From positions 19,222,001-19,286,000 of the forward strand of contig CM059432.1 of the NCBI GenBank assembly GCA_030390025.1: a stretch of 64,000 nt of DNA, given 5' to 3'. This document shows positions 61,676-64,000 of this stretch, piece by piece. The DNA comes from Squalus acanthias (Eukaryota). The notes under the pieces were generated by a model. It was not told where the DNA came from and did no database searches. It saw only the letters and a list, made by a program, of their open reading frames with translations. Position numbers and translations under genes: made by a program. The first letter of the stretch is position 1, and every line of letters begins with the position of its first letter.

Positions 61676-61764
61676 TGAGCAATAAATACGGGCCTGGCCT
61701 GCAACGCCCACATCCCATGAATGAATAAAAAAATCACGGAAGTTTTAACCATCTGTGTTGAGGC

Positions 61765-62575
61765 TGTTCCCATGCACCTGCTGCCCTTGTCTTTCTAGGT
61801 GTGGAGATTGCAGGTTTTGAGGAAGCTGCCGAGGAAGCCTTGGCAAGTTGCTGCAGTGCATCCTGTAGATACTGCATTCTGTAGCCACAGTATGTCAGTA
61901 TACCAGCCCAAGCCTGGATGTTGTCCACTGAATGTTTAGTCCAGTAGATGAGGTGCCGATCAAGAAGACTGCATTGTCCTGGATGGTGTTGAGCTTCTTG
62001 AGTGTTGTTGCAACTGCACCCATCCAACCAAGTGCAGAGTATTCCATCACACTCCTGACTTGTGCCATGTAGGTAATGGAGAGCTTTTAGGGAGTCAGGA
62101 GCTGGGCCTCTTGCCGCTGAAACCTGCTGTAATAGCTATGGCATTTATGTGGCTGGTCCAGTTGAGTTTTTGGTCAATGGTGACCCTCAGGATGCTGATG
62201 GTGAGGGGCATGGTGATGGTAATGCCATTGAATGTTACGGGGAGGTGGTTAGGCTTTTGCTTATTGGAGATGGTCATTGCCTGGCACCTGTGTGGCACAA
62301 ATGTTACTTTCTGCTTATCAGCCCAAGCCTGGATGTTGTCCACTCTTGCTGCACATGAACATGGACTGCTCCATTATCTAAGGAATTGCGAAATGAGCTG
62401 AACATTGTGCAATCATCAGCGAACAGGCCCACTTCTGATCTTATGATGAAGCGAAGGACATTGATGAAGCAGCTGAAGATACTTGGGCCTAGGATGCTGT
62501 CCTGAGGAAGCTGTCCTGAGGAACTCCTGCAGCGAAGTTCTGGGGCTGAGATGATTGGTCTCCAACAATCACAAC
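61765..62575 (-). mobile_element. Older second-lineage LINE fragment
   Basis: GPSIFSCFIN, LFADDCTMF, QAWADK; homologous to 27086-27385 and 12303-12900. Confidence 0.8.
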
Positions 62576-62957
62576 CTGAAATCATTAGGTGCAGCAGCTG
62601 CCAGGATCAGCTCATACAGGCGGAAGTGAAGAGTTTCTGAGCCTGAAGTGTCTGGCGAGTTTGAATAGCGATTTCTGCAGCTGGGAACTATGTTTTGCCA
62701 TTCTATCTATGAACACAAACACTTGCTTCTGATAGGTCAGACCACTAGCCTATTTTTTGGACCTTCACCCCCTACCCACAGTAGGGGCTTCTCAGGAGCA
62801 AGTATGGCATTCCCTATGGGTATATTCTTGTATGCCATTATCATGCAGAAAAAGAAGGAGCAGCACAGGATAGGGAAAAGGAGAGTCAGGGAGCATTTAA
62901 GGAGGTTGCAGTCCACCAGATATTGCCCCCAACCACCCCTCTCCCCCTTACGTGTAA

Positions 62958-63421
62958 GTGTCTCTTGTGGCTCAGTGGGTAGCACACTCGCCTCTGAGTC
63001 AGAAGGTTGTGGGTTCAAGTCCCACTCCAGGGACTTGAGCACATAAAGCTGACACGCCAGTGCAGTGCTGAGGGAGTGCTGCACTGTCGGAGGTGCCGTC
63101 TTTCAGATGAGATGTTAAACCGAGGCCCCGTCTGCTCTCTCAGGTGGATGTAAAAGATTCCATGGCTCTATTTCGAAGAAGAGTAGGGAAGTTATCCCTG
63201 GTGTCCTTGCCAATATTTATCCCTCAACCAACATCACAAAAACAGATTATCTGGTCATTCTCACGTTTCTGTTTGTGGGAGCTTGCTGTGTGCAAATTGG
63301 CTGCCGTGTTTCCTACATTACAACAGTGACTCCACTTCAAAAGTACTTCATTGGCTTTAATGCGCTTTGGGATGTCCGGTGGTTGTGAAAGGCGCTACAT
63401 AAATGCAAGTCTTTCTTTCTT
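62958..63421 (+). mobile_element. Full-length DeuSINE-like SINE
   Basis: Colinear with 57978-58447; A and B boxes intact. Confidence 0.82.
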
Positions 63422-63639
63422 ACTCACAGACTATACAGGCAACACAGGTCGTATGAGGACTTTTCTGAGGAGTTGTGCAAATGAAGAGTGCTCGTCACCA
63501 AAGAGTCTATAGGGAAGCTCTGCCACCTAATGTCAGAAACTGGGAACCATAAATTACCACCCAAGACAAATTTCACCCTCACTGTTTCCACTTGTGCGTG
63601 AGTCCAGAACAAAGGGGCTTCCATATAAGCTAGCCATTT

Positions 63640-63912
63640 CCTAAAGAATTTAGGAGGAATTTCTTTACACGGAGTGTGGTGAGAATGTGGAACTTGCTTC
63701 CACATGGAGCAGTTGTAGAAGATAAAATTGATGCATTTAAAGGAGAGGCTTGATGCATACATGAGGAAGAAGGGAGTAGAGGGATATGGGAGCAGGGTGG
63801 AAAGAGGTCATTAGAGCGGGCGGGGCGATCTTCTAGAGCATAAACACCGGCATAAACTAATTGGGTCGAATGGCCTGTTTCTGTGATGTAGATTCTATGT
63901 AATCCTATGTAA
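63640..63912 (+). mobile_element. Old CR1 3' fragment
   Basis: AGGAGGAATTTCTTTACAC...GAATGTGGAAC, and tail GAATGGCCTGTTTCTGTG...TTCTATGTAA. Confidence 0.75.
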
Positions 63913-64000
63913 GAACTTTTTGTGGGTTCAAGTGACTCCCATTCTATTCCATGATTTGTGTTTTCCCTGGGTATTGTGCAGGTTCAATGTCTCTGTTCAA

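Overview
Eukaryotic, almost entirely transposon-derived DNA with no recognisable host exon. The repeat mix (CR1 LINEs with an esterase ORF1, DeuSINE-like SINEs, a Neptune-type Penelope element, Harbinger transposons) points to a cartilaginous fish, probably a shark (inference). Contents: two young, near-identical CR1 copies plus many older CR1, L2 and other LINE fragments; two complete and one partial two-gene Harbinger elements (DDE transposase plus a 3-exon Myb/SANT gene); many Harbinger-type MITEs; three solo LTRs with 4-bp TSDs; and a Penelope-like element with hammerhead-ribozyme motifs in both direct repeats. Most notable: (1) an in-phase U_UUA_AAC -1 slippery heptamer joins CR1 ORF1 to an ORF2 that has no upstream ATG, suggesting programmed frameshifting; (2) short TSD-flanked insertions begin at the hammerhead motif; (3) a ~4-kb inversion (28515-32557) whose reversal restores several nested elements; (4) two opposite-orientation LTRs both duplicate CTCT; (5) a 3'-truncated CR1 is flanked by a 7-bp direct repeat. 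Coordinates were read by eye, and edges of old fragments are approximate.
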